NCBI GenBank assembly: GCA_030770535.1
Contig: JASVEC010000002.1
Coordinates: forward strand, 992,001-1,056,000
Source: Batkoa obscura
Taxonomy: Eukaryota
DNA: 64,000 nucleotides
Direction of reading: 5' to 3'
The notes under the pieces are model-generated. The model made no database searches and was not told the origin of the DNA. It was given only the letters and a program-made list of their open reading frames with translations. How positions within the stretch are numbered: position 1 is the stretch's first letter; each line of letters starts with the position of its first letter. This document shows positions 14,613 to 28,283 of this stretch, piece by piece. The position numbers and the translations under genes were made by a program.

Positions 14613-15110
14613 TTAGATAAGTAAAATAAATTTTATTGATGATATTTCACAAATTTTGCTAGTTTTGCTTTTGCTTTTTGAACATATTTTACATTTAATA
14701 GTATTTAAGACTCCAATCTATTTTAAAATAGCCATCATAAGTTAATTTTAAAAATTTGATACAAACTGGGGCATAGGAATGTATTTTTTTAAGAATTTTG
14801 CTAACAATTTTTTCATTCAAGTAGCACTTAAAAAATGGAAAAAGTGATGAAACTAAAAAACACTCCAATATGACACTTTATTCTCACACTTTAAGTATAC
14901 TATTTTACTTAATATTAACAGTTGGCACCAAATTTATTTAATTTTATATAAAAAACGCTGATAAGAAATAGCAAAAGGAATAAATTTTAATTAGGTATAA
15001 ATAAGCATTTAGAATCTTAACATTATTGTAAACTAGTTTGCAAGAACAAAATATTTTTAAATTAATAGTTTTTTTAACTAAAAATTGCACTTTTAAATCA
15101 AAAAACACTA

Positions 15111-16405
15111 TTAACTAGCTATTTTTTCGTTGATAGCTGTAATCCATTTATCTCTTTCAGATTCATCTTTACTAGCTAGCTTATATGTTCTTTTTGATGT
15201 CTTGAATTTAAAACAATGTGCTCTCGATTTAGAGGTTGTTGTAGCTAAAGTTACTTCCGAGATGTCTTTTAATGGGATCATAGCTAATAGCTCATATTCC
15301 TAAAAGGTATCTTAGTTTAATTTCAAACCTATTTAATTTATCAAATACCCTTTCATCTTTATAGTAGCACAAATTATCTGCTCTTAACACAAACCACCTT
15401 TTACGCCAGGCCTAACAAATTAAGTTAATTTTATAAAACTGGTAGCTATAAGATAAGTTACTCTATATCCTTCACAATGTTTGTATAAAATGCCTTGCAT
15501 GTAAATTGAATTATCCGTGCTAGAAGGCATTGCTGATAAATCCAAACCCAAACTATTCATAGGAGGTGAAGAGGATACTCCGACTGGAGTAGTCGGAGAA
15601 TAATAGCTTTGATCTAAATTATTATCGCCTTCTAAATCGGAATAATCGCTAGTTAAATCTAAAGCTTCATGAGGGAAAGGTGTTGAATGGGAAGGGTTAG
15701 AAGAAAACGATCCAGCTGATAAATGCTTTGAAGCCCAAGAGCCATCTGAATCTGAGCCACTTTTTTTATGTTCTTTCTTTTCGTTTAATATAGCTATTAT
15801 ATTTGGTTCAGAGAGTGGCATTGATTCTCTTGCTTGTAATAATGTTTTAATCCAATCTTTTCTGTCTTCAGAATCATAACATTGGAAATAATATTTCTTT
15901 TTTGGTGTTCCGATTATAAACACGTTTTCTCGCTTCTTTTTATTATACTCTTCGATTTTTGATGTACGAAATAAATCAATGCTATTTTGGAGTTCATATT
16001 CCTGAATAATTTAGATTAAAAACATACTAAAACTTAGATTTAAATTACTTTGTCATCTTTATATATTGACAGTACATGATTTCTTAATACCAACCATCGA
16101 GTTTTCCATTGCTATTTTCTTAGTTAGTTAGTTTAAAATTTAGTTTTATTTATTTACGTTTCTAGCTCGAAATCTTTTTTCAACATAACCAGACTTAAGT
16201 GTCCTATTTTCTTCTATTGCTTGTTGTGAAATAACATGTGTATATGGTTCCATCTCCCGTCCAATATCAGATTCTTCAGTAATATCAAAATTTTGTTCCG
16301 TTGGAGTAGTTACTGCTGGTAATGGCTTACAGAAACTCTAATTGAAACTTTAACTATAATCTAATAAAACATAAGTAAAATTACCGGCTGAAATTCGGAG
16401 TTCAT
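15111..16405 (-). CDS. Tandem PH-domain protein (Opy1-like), multi-exon
   Basis: Spliced product has PH1 (LKSGYVEKRFRAR..WKTRWLVLRNHVLSIYKDDKEYEL...YYFQCYDSEDRKDWIKTL), a Ser-rich linker, and PH2 (YMQGILYK..WRKRWFVLRADNLCYYKDE...ERDKWITAINEK). Confidence 0.85.
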
Positions 16406-17447
16406 AGCGTATAAATTAAAATAAATAAAAGTGAATAAAATTAATAATAGAGTTCTATCTAAATTCTTTTGAACTTGACTACATAACCTAATTCATTAAG
16501 TTTTATTATTGTTGAATTTTTCCCCATTTTATAACCCCAATCAGATCGTGGTTTTGACTAGTCATTGACCCAGTTATTTGTGCATTTTTTTAAGTCATTT
16601 GCTTTTATGGTTCGAAAACATATGGACTGCAAAATTAGCAATCAGTAGAAAGCTCATTGGTCTGCTATTTTGGTGACCTAAGCAAAATGGTCTATTTAAG
16701 TGGATAAGGCTTTTAGAATTAATTAAATTAATCATACTTCTATACTTGGAAATATTATTTTAACACTCTAGTTTTATTAAGGATTTTTAAGCCTAGAAGG
16801 TAGTTTTGATTATGTTCGCTGATGTTTTATAATTTAGAAGTTGTTAAATAACTAAAAATTTCTATTATTTTAATATAAGATAATGTCTTTGAGTAAAATA
16901 ATGCTATCAAAATCCTATTTCTAACTATAAATAGCCCTTTAATGTCATAAGTGTGATTTATTGAGATATTGATTTATTTATTGAAATCGTTTGGTAACTT
17001 TGTATTAATAAAATATGGGCAAAAATAGGGTAAAGGTTAGTTGTTTTATAAATATTCTAGGATCTTAGTAATATCCGAACCACGAAATATTATATTTAAA
17101 CATTAATGCTTAGCAAAAAGTTATAAAACTTTGTTTTATGATATATGGGAATCCAAGTGAGATACTGCCGATTATTTTTCAAAATTCAATCAATGTTTTT
17201 AAATATAATCTAATATCTCAACAATGGTAATCAATTGTAAAAAAAAGATAGCTATTCTACAAAAACCGATTATTTTTAGCCAAAAATTACACTATAATTA
17301 AAATGGGGGTTTTTTTTGAAAAGTTCCTTAAGAAATAGAAAGTGATGAAACTAAAAAAAATACCCCTGCATTTACTTTTCAACTATTTGTCTATTTTTAT
17401 TTAAAACTATAAAGAAACATAATGGACTAGTGGTTGGATAAAAATAT

Positions 17448-17648
17448 GGTAGTGCTTTTTAGTTTCATCACTTTTTCCATTTTTAGGCGCTATTTGAGCG
17501 GAAAAATTGTTAGTAAAATTTTTAAATACAGAAACATATCCTCCTATATGATGTATGGAGATCTTTTTTGGTTTTACTACTTTCTCTATTTTTTAAGTAC
17601 TATCGAACATAAATAAGAGTAAGTTTCTTAAATAAAGAAAACATTTCC
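17448..17648 (-). mobile_element. Two tandem degenerate MITE copies (plus an internally deleted copy at ~17304-17366)
   Basis: Two consecutive ~100-bp matches to the MITE consensus (TTTCATCACTTTTTCCATTTTTA.GCGCTATTTGAG...). Confidence 0.7.
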
Positions 17649-17814
17649 ATATATAAAATAAAAAGACATATTTTTAACAAAAGTTAAATAACAAAATAGA
17701 AAAATTTATAACCAGTATATAAAAAATTCATCATCGTTTAAAATAAATAATCAACTCAATAGTTGAACTAAATAAAACCTTCTTTATATATTGAAAGTGC
17801 AAGTTGATAACTCT

Positions 17815-20713
17815 TTAATTCTGCTGTTTAGCAACTCTCGAGAATATTGCAAAGAGGTCATTAATTGTAAATTCCAAAGTTATATTAGATCCGGGGTAGC
17901 AGGACTTAATAAGTTCACTCATTTTTTTATGCTGGTTAATAAATTCTTCTTGAATCTCTCTCCATATCACCTGCAATAATCCTTCTTCTTCACTAAAATG
18001 TTTTTTAACTCTGGTGTACAAGACTAAAATAGATTTTCTAATCTATAATAAAATATGAAAAAAGAGGCAAATAAATAAAAATAAAAATACCTCGTCCGCT
18101 GGAAACATACTAATAACTTTCTTAAGCGCTGTTTTATTATAAGAGTTGTTAAATCCAACTTCTTCAGGAGATCTACTACGGAGAAGTGCTTCAATGCCTT
18201 CAAAAAATTCCTAAACAAATGTGTAAATACAAAGAAGAAATTGTTTGTTATTATGCTTACTAATAATTTCCCTAATGGGCGTTTAATAACGTCTTTAACA
18301 TAAGCCTGTAAATGTGTGTTATATGAGCTACGTGCTTGTTCATTAAAACCTCCAATAGTTGAATTCTTTTTGTATCTACCAGTTTCCATATAAAAGTAAT
18401 GCATATTTTCTTAAGAGTCACATTATTAACTATATTATCTACTATGAATTGTTTTACCTAAAATGATAATATGAAGATTCAATTGTTCCTTTTCTAAATG
18501 CTCGGATTGCTTTGCAGAAACTTCTAAATTATCAAACATAACATTGACAATTTTTTGATAACATTTATCCATTTGTTGTCGTATAGGGGTTTCTGCACTA
18601 CCAATAAAGGCCTCCATTCGATTTAAAAATTCCTAGGTGAGACGTTAGAATAAAATTTATTAATATGTTTATAGTTACTGGGAATGTCTTGAAAAAAGAT
18701 AGAATACCACTTCTTTTTTTACCAGAAACTTGTAATTCTTTTATTGCTTTCACTTGTTCATCCTTTCAATAATTTTAAAATAAAATAAACAAAATAATTA
18801 TAGTTCTTACAACATTCTTATCAAGATGCATACGGAAAAGACTATGCACATTGTTTAAGTTTTTTAAAAGAAACTCCTGATTACTGTTTTCACATCTTTC
18901 AATAAATGTTTCCGCTTTGACTAAAAGTACAACCAATAATCTAGAGCCGTTATTTTTAATCCCAATATAGCTAATTAAACTTACGTCCAATCAAATTTAA
19001 TCAATGTTTCACCAAGGGCGCTTAACTCTGATGATAAATTCGAGAACATGGTTTCCATATTTTCACTAAAAAAATTAGTATGAACATAAATTAAAATAAA
19101 AACAAGTACGAGATTCTTTTACGGATTTTCACATCATTCTGAGCTTTACGAAGCCCAAGAAGATCAGAATCTTTGATAGGTGCTTGGTATTTTTCCCATT
19201 CTCTTACCCATTGTTGAAAATCTAATGATTTCACCCCAATATGGAACATTAAAGTAAAAAAATTCTGCTCTTTAATAATGTCTGGGAAAATAACGTTTAG
19301 TATTTGATTTAAAACCTATTAGAATTTTAGTCATGGTTTTAACTTTAGTATATTAAACTTACAACATCAGGTGGTTGTTTTGGGTCTGTAACAATATCTG
19401 AGCCAGTTCGACGATGTAAGGTGGGACCAAGTTTATTTGAGCTTGGATTTGTGAATACTTGAATAGTAGTTTTATTAAATCTATTGAAAAAACAAATCAA
19501 GGCTTACAATATTTTACGTCATCCGTATTAGCTTTCTTCAAAAAGGTTAAACTTCTAAATGTCTCAGAAAGGCCTTTATACTCTGAGCTATAAATATTTC
19601 CAACCGCAGCTGAGTAAGCCTAATTACAATAAACAAAAAGTAAAGTAATAATATATAGTAATTACATGTTGAAGCTCATTATGCCTACTAGGATCCATTT
19701 CACTTAGCCATAACGTTAAACCTCTAAATTTTGAAAGTTCTTCTTTTATATTTTTCATGTCAATTCTTAATTTTGTGCCTTTTCCTTGACCAGTAAGGGC
19801 AGTATTTACCTATCAAAAAATCAGAGAACTAATCGAAAATAGTTTGGGTAGTTTACTTGATAATTAAACATAACTTTTAAATATTCAAAGGCACGTGATG
19901 AGAAATTATTTGCTTGAAGAATGTTGGCTTCCATTTGCTCGTTTATAACCGACATATCTTTAACACCTTCCTCATAGTTTGTTTTAATGGTTCTCTGTAT
20001 AGAAGCTGCAGCATCCAAAATTGTTTTCATACCACCTTCAGTTTCAAATTTAGTTTTTCTAAGTACATCTGCTAAACTATCTGGAACAGAAACTTGTCCC
20101 TAAATCAAATTATAATAATGGCTATTGTATTAAAGAAACTATACCTACAAGAACTTTTTCAACTTCTTCGAGTAAATTTTGCTGATTACGACTTTGTATT
20201 TGTAATGCCTCATTTAAAGATTGAATTTGAAATATATCATCACCCAGTGACTAAGCAAAAGTTAAATATAGATTGAAATATAAAGAAATAATATACATCT
20301 AGCTCGGTTTTATATAGCGTCAACCAACTGTCCACTCCATCTAATTCATAAATAGCTCTATCTATTCTATCAATAATTGCTTCAACTTGACCATCAGTTT
20401 CTAGCACTGCACCTATATTAGCCTAAAAATCAATGCATTCATATAAGCTTAAGATATATATTATTACTGTTTCTAATAAAGATAATTCATTTAGTAAACC
20501 AGACTCAAGTGCTGCTGCATCTTTTCCAGCTTTCCAATGAAATTCTGTTAAAAGCTCTTCTACATTGATAATCTCGTCATCTTCTCTACCTGCTCCTGGA
20601 GTGTTTATATCTACAGTAGTAGAGTTTGTACTAATATTGGACCTATTCTTTTCCATCTTTTGTGGAATAGTTAAAAATCCTGCCCCACTACCTATATTTC
20701 CATTTTTTGTCAT
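17815..20713 (-). CDS. SEC3: Exocyst complex component Sec3 (Sec3_C region; N-terminal PH domain apparently absent), many short introns
   Basis: VEELLTEFHWKAGKDAAALESGLLNELSLLET; NFSSRAFEYLKVMF; EQLNLHIIILENMHYF; IKRPLGKLLEFFEG; RVKKHFSEEEGLLQVIWREIQEEFINQH...CYPGSNITLEFT match Sec3/EXOC1 C-terminal motifs. Confidence 0.9.
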
Positions 20714-20814
20714 ATTAATTTTTATAAAAACGAATAGGTTAAAATTTAAGCCACAATTTTATATGCTCTTTTTAAATTATTAAAACAGATTGAATTCTTT
20801 CATTTCGAGTTAAA

Positions 20815-22496
20815 ATGAGTGATTATAAAGCGAGGAAAGAAGAATTTGTTAGTGGACTTAAAGGTTCCTCCATAATTTGTGTAGTCTCTCTTGTTTCAAC
20901 TACTCTGGTAAACTATAAATGAATGTTATAAACATAAAAATTAAACGTTTAAGATTACAGTAGCATTATGGAAAATCGTAGGTGACTTTTTAATTTCGAA
21001 AAAAGTTTTAGAAAAGGTGAAAACATCAAGTAGCTATTTACATATTTCAAAATGGGCGATTTTCGATTTTATATCATTGGTTCTTCCTCTTCTATTTTTT
21101 ATGAACGGTTTAAATCATTTAACAACCAATTTTAATTTTTTTGGTCTAATAATCATACTGCTGCATATCACTGTTTTTCAAAAAAAATCAAGGAAGGCAA
21201 CTCATAATGTCTCAAACACCAACCAGCCTCAAAATAAAATTCTCAATTTTATTACAGTTTATCGTTCATTGTTGATGATGTTAACTTGTATCGGAATCTT
21301 AGCAGTTGATTTCCATACTTTTCCAAGATTTTTCGCCAAAGCAGAAACCTATGGTTCTTCACTAGTAATTTTTATTAGCTTTATTAAAGTCAAGTTATTT
21401 ATTTGATAAGATGGATATGGGAGTCGGAAGTTTTGTATTTAGTTCTGGTATAATCTCTGCAAGGGCAAAAGTGGATTCAAACCCAGGCAAAATTTCAACG
21501 TTATGTAAATCGCTTTTTCATTCAATTCCTTTATGGATTTTAGGAATTATAAGGTTAATTTCAGTAAAAGGCATTGAGTACCAGGTATTGTTAATTAAGC
21601 TTGTTCATCGTATCAACTAATGGATTGTATTTAATTATTTAGGAACACGTTACTGAATATGGAGTTCATTGGAACTTTTTTTTTACTCTTGGTTGTTTAT
21701 CAATACCTGTAGTATTAATTGAATACCTTTCCATGGGATCTTCATATATTGGTTGGGGAGTATTAACTATCTATCAATTATTGTTAAGTTTTAGCTCATT
21801 GGAAAGCTACATTATATCCGATGTTAGAATACGAGGAGACATAGTATCTATGAACCGAGAAGGTCTATTTTCACTTTGGGGTTAGTTACATATTTTATTT
21901 TAAAATTAGTTTTATATAAATTAGGTTATATTTCAATATTCTTGATTGCTAAGGATGTAGGAAAAGTATTATTTTCAGCTAACAAGGGAAAATCATATAC
22001 ACATCTATGTTCTTATTCCCTATTAGCTTTAATAATGTTTTTTACTAGCTATTATGTTTTCAACGTTGAAATTTCACGTAGATTGGTGAGATACTTATTT
22101 AAAGTTTTATGCTTCGTTAATATTTTTAGTGTAACTTTTCTTATGTAGCTTGGGTTTCCGCTATAAATATTATATTAGTTATGGTATTTAGACTACTAGA
22201 AGACATTTTGAATATCAAAAAGGCACCTATCATATTTCAAGCTATTAATTATAATAGCTTGTTTATATTTTTAATTGTAAGTATAATTTTAAATGAATCT
22301 TTGTTAATCATAAATCTATTATTAATTCTAATCTATTTGATAGGCTAATCTTCTTACTGGGCTAGTAAATATAACCGTACCTACTCTCGATGTAAGTGAT
22401 TTTGTTGCATATGTTATATTAATAGGATATATTGGTGCTGTTAATTGTATTTCAATGGTCTTATATTTAAAGCAAATCAAAGTAATTCGCTTTTAA
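20815..22496 (+). CDS. GWT1: GPI inositol acyltransferase Gwt1/PIG-W, multi-exon
   Basis: [107 protein letters not shown]. Confidence 0.95.
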
Positions 22497-22718
22497 TAAA
22501 AAGTAAGACTTTATAATAAGAATTAAAAGTTGCTAAAATTTACACTGTTGTTTTCTGCTGAGACTATTTATTATAAAGCTAATTATAGTATATTTATTTT
22601 GATTGTTAAAATTATTTCAAAAATATATATCTGTTGATATTAAAGCTTTGATTTAGTAATATTGATAAAACTAATTTACACAAAATGAGTTTAATTAATC
22701 TCCAAATAACATACATAT

Positions 22719-22816
22719 GGGGATGTATTTTTATGTTTAAGAATTTACTAACAATTTTTCCACTTAAATAGCACTTAAAAGATAGAAAAAGCAATAAGAC
22801 CAAAAAAAACACCCCC
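22719..22816 (+). mobile_element. ~98-bp MITE copy
   Basis: ATAT|GGGGATGTA...CACCCCC|ATAT. Confidence 0.85.
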
Positions 22817-23286
22817 ATATTGTCTTTTTCTTTATACTGTTTCTATTTTTTAAGTCCAAAATTATAATAAATTATTAGCTATATTAACAATCCAAAAAAT
22901 ATATACACAAATTATAAACACAATTTAATATTGTTAATAGCTTAAACTACCCTATTAATATTTATAACGAATATTACATGTCTTTAGTTTTCTTATTTGA
23001 CATATTATTAATAGTATATTTTTATGATTTTTAATTTACAAATATTATTCTTATAGTATAATAGTTAATAAAAAATCTAAAAAGCAAACGAATAAGTTAA
23101 ATAATTTAAAAGCGTTACTGTTTATTCTTAATTCCAGTTAAATATTTTTATCTGACAATATAGAATAATAGGGGTAAGATAATGAAAAATACTTAAAAGT
23201 AAAAATATAAATTCGTTTAAGGCTGTGATTAAAAGTGTTGTGATCAATAGTACGATATTTTAAATTGTAGTATTACAATCGATGGT

Positions 23287-24498
23287 CTAAGGGTAGGGTT
23301 TAAAATTAGTGATCGGGAATGTATGTTCCATAACCTTATCGTTCTCAAATGCTCTACCATTATTTATTGGATCATTTTGATATATATAAGGGCTCTCGCT
23401 TGGTGGAATATTAATAGGAATGTTGATATTATATTGTTTTTCAAGCTTTATCCTTTCAAGTATCAACTCAGTGCGTTTGTACTCTAACTCAAGTTTTCTA
23501 ATTGCTGCCCATTCTTTATGTTCCTCATGAGTTAAACGACGTGCCTCGGCTTCAGATTCTAATTGACTTTTGGCAAGTGCCATATAATCTTCATGGATTT
23601 TTTTACGATGAGCTAACTTACTTTCATAATAACCAGAACTGACATCGCTCTTGATAGCTTTTTCCACCCTTTCTGAAGCAGAAGTGTCTGTAGGTTTATC
23701 AGTAACATAATGTTGAGGCTCAGTGTTTATAAAATGAGTGTTAAGCTGGTGGTTAGCTTTACGACCGCGCCTACGACCAGGACCTTCTCTGAAAGTTGAA
23801 TGTTCAGTTCCCTCGTTTTTAATTGTTACAATTTGTTCTCCATTTACTATTCTAGTTGTTGGAGAAGATCCTACACCTTCTTCATAACTACGAGCAAATG
23901 GCTCAGACTTGGCTTCTTGCTCATAAGTTTCTGTACCATGAGTAGAGTAGGCATTTTTACTGGAAGATGGATTTAACTCTTGATCTAAAGGCTCAATATT
24001 CTCATTTTGGAAATTAAGTTCTGCTGGAGAACCAGAATAACTATTTTCATCTAAAGGAACAGGAAACGTACGAACTGCATCTTTGTCTGGATTTTGTAAT
24101 GAAACGATTTTATCCATTTCATAATAATAGCGGAAGATAGATTTGACTTTAGTTTGAGCTGTATCTATTCCAAGCGACAAATCACGTTCGGTGATAGGAA
24201 TTCCTTGCTTAAGACGTAATTTAGTTGCTTGGTACTGACTTTCAAGGGAGTTCATTTTGTTATAGATCTGTCTGGAACTTTTTGAAGGGAGGAGCTCAGC
24301 TAAAGCTCTAATAGCTTTAGCTTTAATGCCAAAGTTATATAATTGAACATTACTTGGGTCTTTGAACCAATTAAAGAGGGTATCGATATCTTCATCTGAC
24401 CACTTAGCACGTTCAGCAAACTGACCGTTTAGGTTATCATTGGAAAGATACATATTAGTTGGTTTAGAATAAACTTGGGTGGTAGTTTCGTCGTCCAT
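23287..24498 (-). CDS. Myb/SANT-like (trihelix/MADF-type) DNA-binding protein with C-terminal coiled coil
   Basis: Intronless ORF, likely ATG at 24498 (MDDETT). KWSDEDIDTLFNW...KSSRQIYNKMNSLESQY...FRYYYEMDKI resembles Myb/SANT-like domains; basic GRRRGRK patch; heptad-rich C-terminus. Confidence 0.65.
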   Translation of the reverse strand: MDDETTTQVYSKPTNMYLSNDNLNGQFAERAKWSDEDIDTLFNWFKDPSNVQLYNFGIKAKAIRALAELLPSKSSRQIYNKMNSLESQYQATKLRLKQGIPITERDLSLGIDTAQTKVKSIFRYYYEMDKIVSLQNPDKDAVRTFPVPLDENSYSGSPAELNFQNENIEPLDQELNPSSSKNAYSTHGTETYEQEAKSEPFARSYEEGVGSSPTTRIVNGEQIVTIKNEGTEHSTFREGPGRRRGRKANHQLNTHFINTEPQHYVTDKPTDTSASERVEKAIKSDVSSGYYESKLAHRKKIHEDYMALAKSQLESEAEARRLTHEEHKEWAAIRKLELEYKRTELILERIKLEKQYNINIPINIPPSESPYIYQNDPINNGRAFENDKVMEHTFPITNFKPYP

Positions 24499-25097
24499 CT
24501 TAGTTTTGATAAAAAAATTAAAAATAAAATAAAACAAAATTACTTTTTCAGTTATTAAATTTAAAAAGAATAATTAATTAATAATTATAATACAGCTATT
24601 TATTGGTAATAAATTCATAGCATTAAAATTTATATTTCTTATTTGTTAAATAAAATATAACATTTAAGCTAATAAAATTAGGTTAAATTTAAATTTATGC
24701 AATTTTGTTACGATCCGAAATACAAAATCTTAGGGCTAACCAATCATTGTCCTTTCGTTTGCAATTTTTCATATATTATAATTATAAAATAATCAAACAA
24801 CAAATAAAAATTTATTAAATTAGATTCAAGGATTGTATTATTAAGTGGTGGGGAAAAAATGTATAATTTGTACCATTTTTAAATTTAATTATAATTATTC
24901 TAAAAGCGTTAATATTTTGCAAGATATTATTTGTTATCATGATTAAATATGGGAATGTAATATATTATTAATCTAAATTTGTATTTAGTAAAAAAAAAGT
25001 CATATTATCAAGTAAATTATTTGATATAAATTATTTAATATTGATATAAATTGATATTTTAAGAGTTTATTGCATTGAATTTAGATAAGTGTTAAAA

Positions 25098-25168
25098 TTT
25101 TATAATTTATGATTTTATAACTTTATAACTTTATAACTTTATAATTTTATAACTTTATAATTTTATAA
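25098..25168. repeat. 9-bp minisatellite (TTTATAAY)
   Basis: TTTATAACT/TTTATAATT tandem units. Confidence 0.7.
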
Positions 25169-27803
25169 ACGTTAATGGCTATAGTTTGCTCATGCCTCTA
25201 ATTAGTTGAAAACAAATAGAATATTATTAGTTAATTTTAAAATTATAATCACATTTATAAACAGAACAGAACTATTAAAATTTTATAATTAAACTTAGCT
25301 AATGATTTATATAACTTTGGAGTAATTTAAATGATATCAATGTTAGAATAATTATTTTGCGTCTTTAAATTAATAAATGAAGATTAATGAAGCTATAATA
25401 CTCAATATTAGATTTAATATTATAATAAATATAAATTGATATATAATGTAAAAATTTGAATAAAAGCTTGATAAACTCTAATAAATAAAAAATAACTTTT
25501 TTGTTATAGTATATAAAACATTTATAATCAAACCACAGTCTTGAATTTATGATCAATAGCATTTTATTTTATATTGTATATATTCTTAAACAAAATTTCT
25601 ATAAATACTAAAAAATTATAAAGAACACTTTCATATTAAAATTATTCAAAACTGAAATTAAATAAAGTAAAGAACAGAAAACAAAAAACTAGTATAAAGC
25701 TATACTAATATATCATAGTAACTAAATAACAGTAGCTTATAAATATCATTAAGCCTATTAATATATTGTTCATATTAATATTGAATTATTTATTTATAGG
25801 CAATTATCTAATCAGCCACTATTACAGCTACTGTAATTTTATTGTGACCTAATTTGCGGTAATTTTTAAACCCAATTATTTTTTGCTCACTTTCTAAAAT
25901 TTAACATTAATTTATACATGGGTTTAATAATTTTTTTCTTAAATGAGAAGTTAGCTGAGCTGAAATAGAGTTGCAACATCTGTTTCTTTAATTCAAAGTC
26001 AGATAGATTTAAATTTAGTTTTTAATTTGAATATAATCTAGTTAATTATTTCTCCATTATTCCTTGATTTACCGTATTATTTCTAAAACCTGCTTAAATT
26101 GAATAAAACACTTAATAATTTTGGTCACGATTCAGAAGCAATGTATAACTTGTTGGTAAGCAAATACTCAGTGTAGTGGAAAATAATCGTAAAATAAACT
26201 TTATTTTATAATCAAGAATTAAAATAGTATCTAATGATGTACTTAGTTTAATAAATCGTAAAAGAATAATGTATTAATTAAAAGGATATATAGCTATTAT
26301 TTTTAATTTCCTTTTATCAATATAACTGGAATCTCATACTAAGATACTATTATGTTTATATTAAATAAGTTGATTATACAGTTTTTGTATAAGGCTTGAA
26401 TTCTAGTATTTATTGAGGCTTTATAATAGGTAATATTTTTTAAAGAACAGTTTAAACAAGATGGAATTTGATAATGTCAATGATTCAACCCTAGCCAGAT
26501 GTATAAATGCAATACTTCAAAAATAGCAGGTCCTCATAATTTTCTGATGAAAATTATTTTCAATGATTTGTCTCACTATATTGGGCTTTGAATTCGAACA
26601 CCACGGTTTTTTATAAAATAATAGCATTTATAGTGATTAATTAAAATGGTGTTTAAAAATATGAGTGAGTCTAGTAACGAAACTGGAAAAGTAAACGTTC
26701 AAATGGTTGGAAATTATCAAAAATCATGGAGTGCATTTGTATCACCATTATTGACACTTAAGAGAATGTACTGAGCATCAATAGACCTCTTCCTAATAAT
26801 CAATACAGATGCAGAGATTGAAAAAAGACTCAAATATAAGGCAGCGACCAAATCGTATAGACATTAAATAAACAACTATAAAAGTAATATTTAAATTTTT
26901 ATCAACTTACCCGTTTTGTACCTAACCTATTCAACCTACACTACCATATATAATTTTATGAGCTGTCTTAAAATTGTTTAACACTTTTGAGTTTTTATTT
27001 AAAAGTAAAACTATGATTGGGGATAAAAGTAAAATGCAAACATTGCAAAGCGAAATAAGTAAATGTTTAATACTTTATTGCTACCACCTCACTAAAAAAA
27101 CAAACTGAGAACAGAAAGAGAAAGCAAATATCAACGTCTTTATGGGACTTGATGCTTAATAACTAAAATAGTTGTATATTCGAAATATTTTTATATCTTA
27201 AAAGAAGACTTATAATACATTTTCTATTGGTGATTTTAAAATATAATTGCTGTGATATTTAGTTAAGGCATTAATGTTGTTATAAGTGTCTTTTCTCTCT
27301 TCTCATTTTACATTATGAATGCTAAAAGTGCCAAGATTTTATATGACTATAGATGCTAAACTCCTAGATATTCTTACCGCTACAGTAACGTAAATCCTTT
27401 CACCTAAAATTACTATCAGTGATATATCCCAGATAAAAAGCCAAGGTTTTCTTGTCTTTTTTTAATATGGATAATAATCATTTTTATAATTTACTTAGGG
27501 AATTCATTTATTCTATTTTATTATAGAATTGTAAACATGGATATGTTTTTGAGTGTTTTGGTAATAAATAATTTAACTCCTTCATTGGACAGAAAATAGA
27601 TAAATAAACGAAAATAAAAATAATATATCCAAACACTTGATAAAAAAGTGCTTATATTGATGCTGCTATTATATATCATCATCGTTTATTTTATTAATTT
27701 ATCGATTTAATGAATTAAACTATTGGTATATTTCACACTCTATCAGCATGGTAGTTTTATAAAACCGAAACCACTGTTTATTTATCAACTTTGCTAATTT
27801 TTT

Positions 27804-27846
27804 TATCAATAAAGATAAATTAATACTAGTAATATACTCATATAAA
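27804..27846 (+). promoter_or_regulatory. TATC-N6-GATA inverted GATA pair plus TATAAA upstream of secreted-peptide gene 1
   Basis: TATCAATAAAGATA at 27804-27817, TATAAA at 27841; same arrangement before copies 2, 3 and 5. Confidence 0.55.
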
Positions 27847-27881
27847 AGCAATGTAACAAATTTAAAAAATAACATCAAAAA

Positions 27882-28283
27882 ATGAACAAATTTTTATTAA
27901 ATACCGTTGTTTTAGCTTTTATCGTTACCGTTTCTTCGCTTCCAGCATCAAGTAGTAATTACTTAGCCAAACGTGGCTTTAATTCTTTCTCTCCTTGCTA
28001 TGGATATGGCAGCGGTTTCAATAATTTCTATCCTGGCTATGGACTTGGTGGTTTTAATGGATATGGAGGATATGGAGGATATGGAGGATTTAATAATTTT
28101 GGCTCGTTTGGCTTCCCAGGTGTAATTAATAATAATGCTTTCAATGCTAATGCTAATAACTTTAATGCACACGAGTTTGATCGTAATAAGGAGGCAGCTG
28201 TATTTGTTGATAATGTACACAAAAATGATGTAAATGCCAATCATTTCAATGTTAATAAGCAAAATAATGCTGCTATCATCTGA
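27882..28283 (+). CDS. Small secreted Gly/Tyr/Asn-rich protein, copy 1 (133 aa)
   Basis: Signal peptide, LAKR Kex2 site, YGG repeats, conserved C-terminal FGFP..NNNAFNANANNFNAHEFDRNK.AAVFVDNVH...AAII. Confidence 0.9.
   Translation: MNKFLLNTVVLAFIVTVSSLPASSSNYLAKRGFNSFSPCYGYGSGFNNFYPGYGLGGFNGYGGYGGYGGFNNFGSFGFPGVINNNAFNANANNFNAHEFDRNKEAAVFVDNVHKNDVNANHFNVNKQNNAAII

Noticed and set aside
26250..26880. Possible gag/zinc-knuckle remnant (YRCRD*KK...RPNR)
   Set aside because: Too degraded; no LTR pair, PBS or pol motif that I can verify by eye
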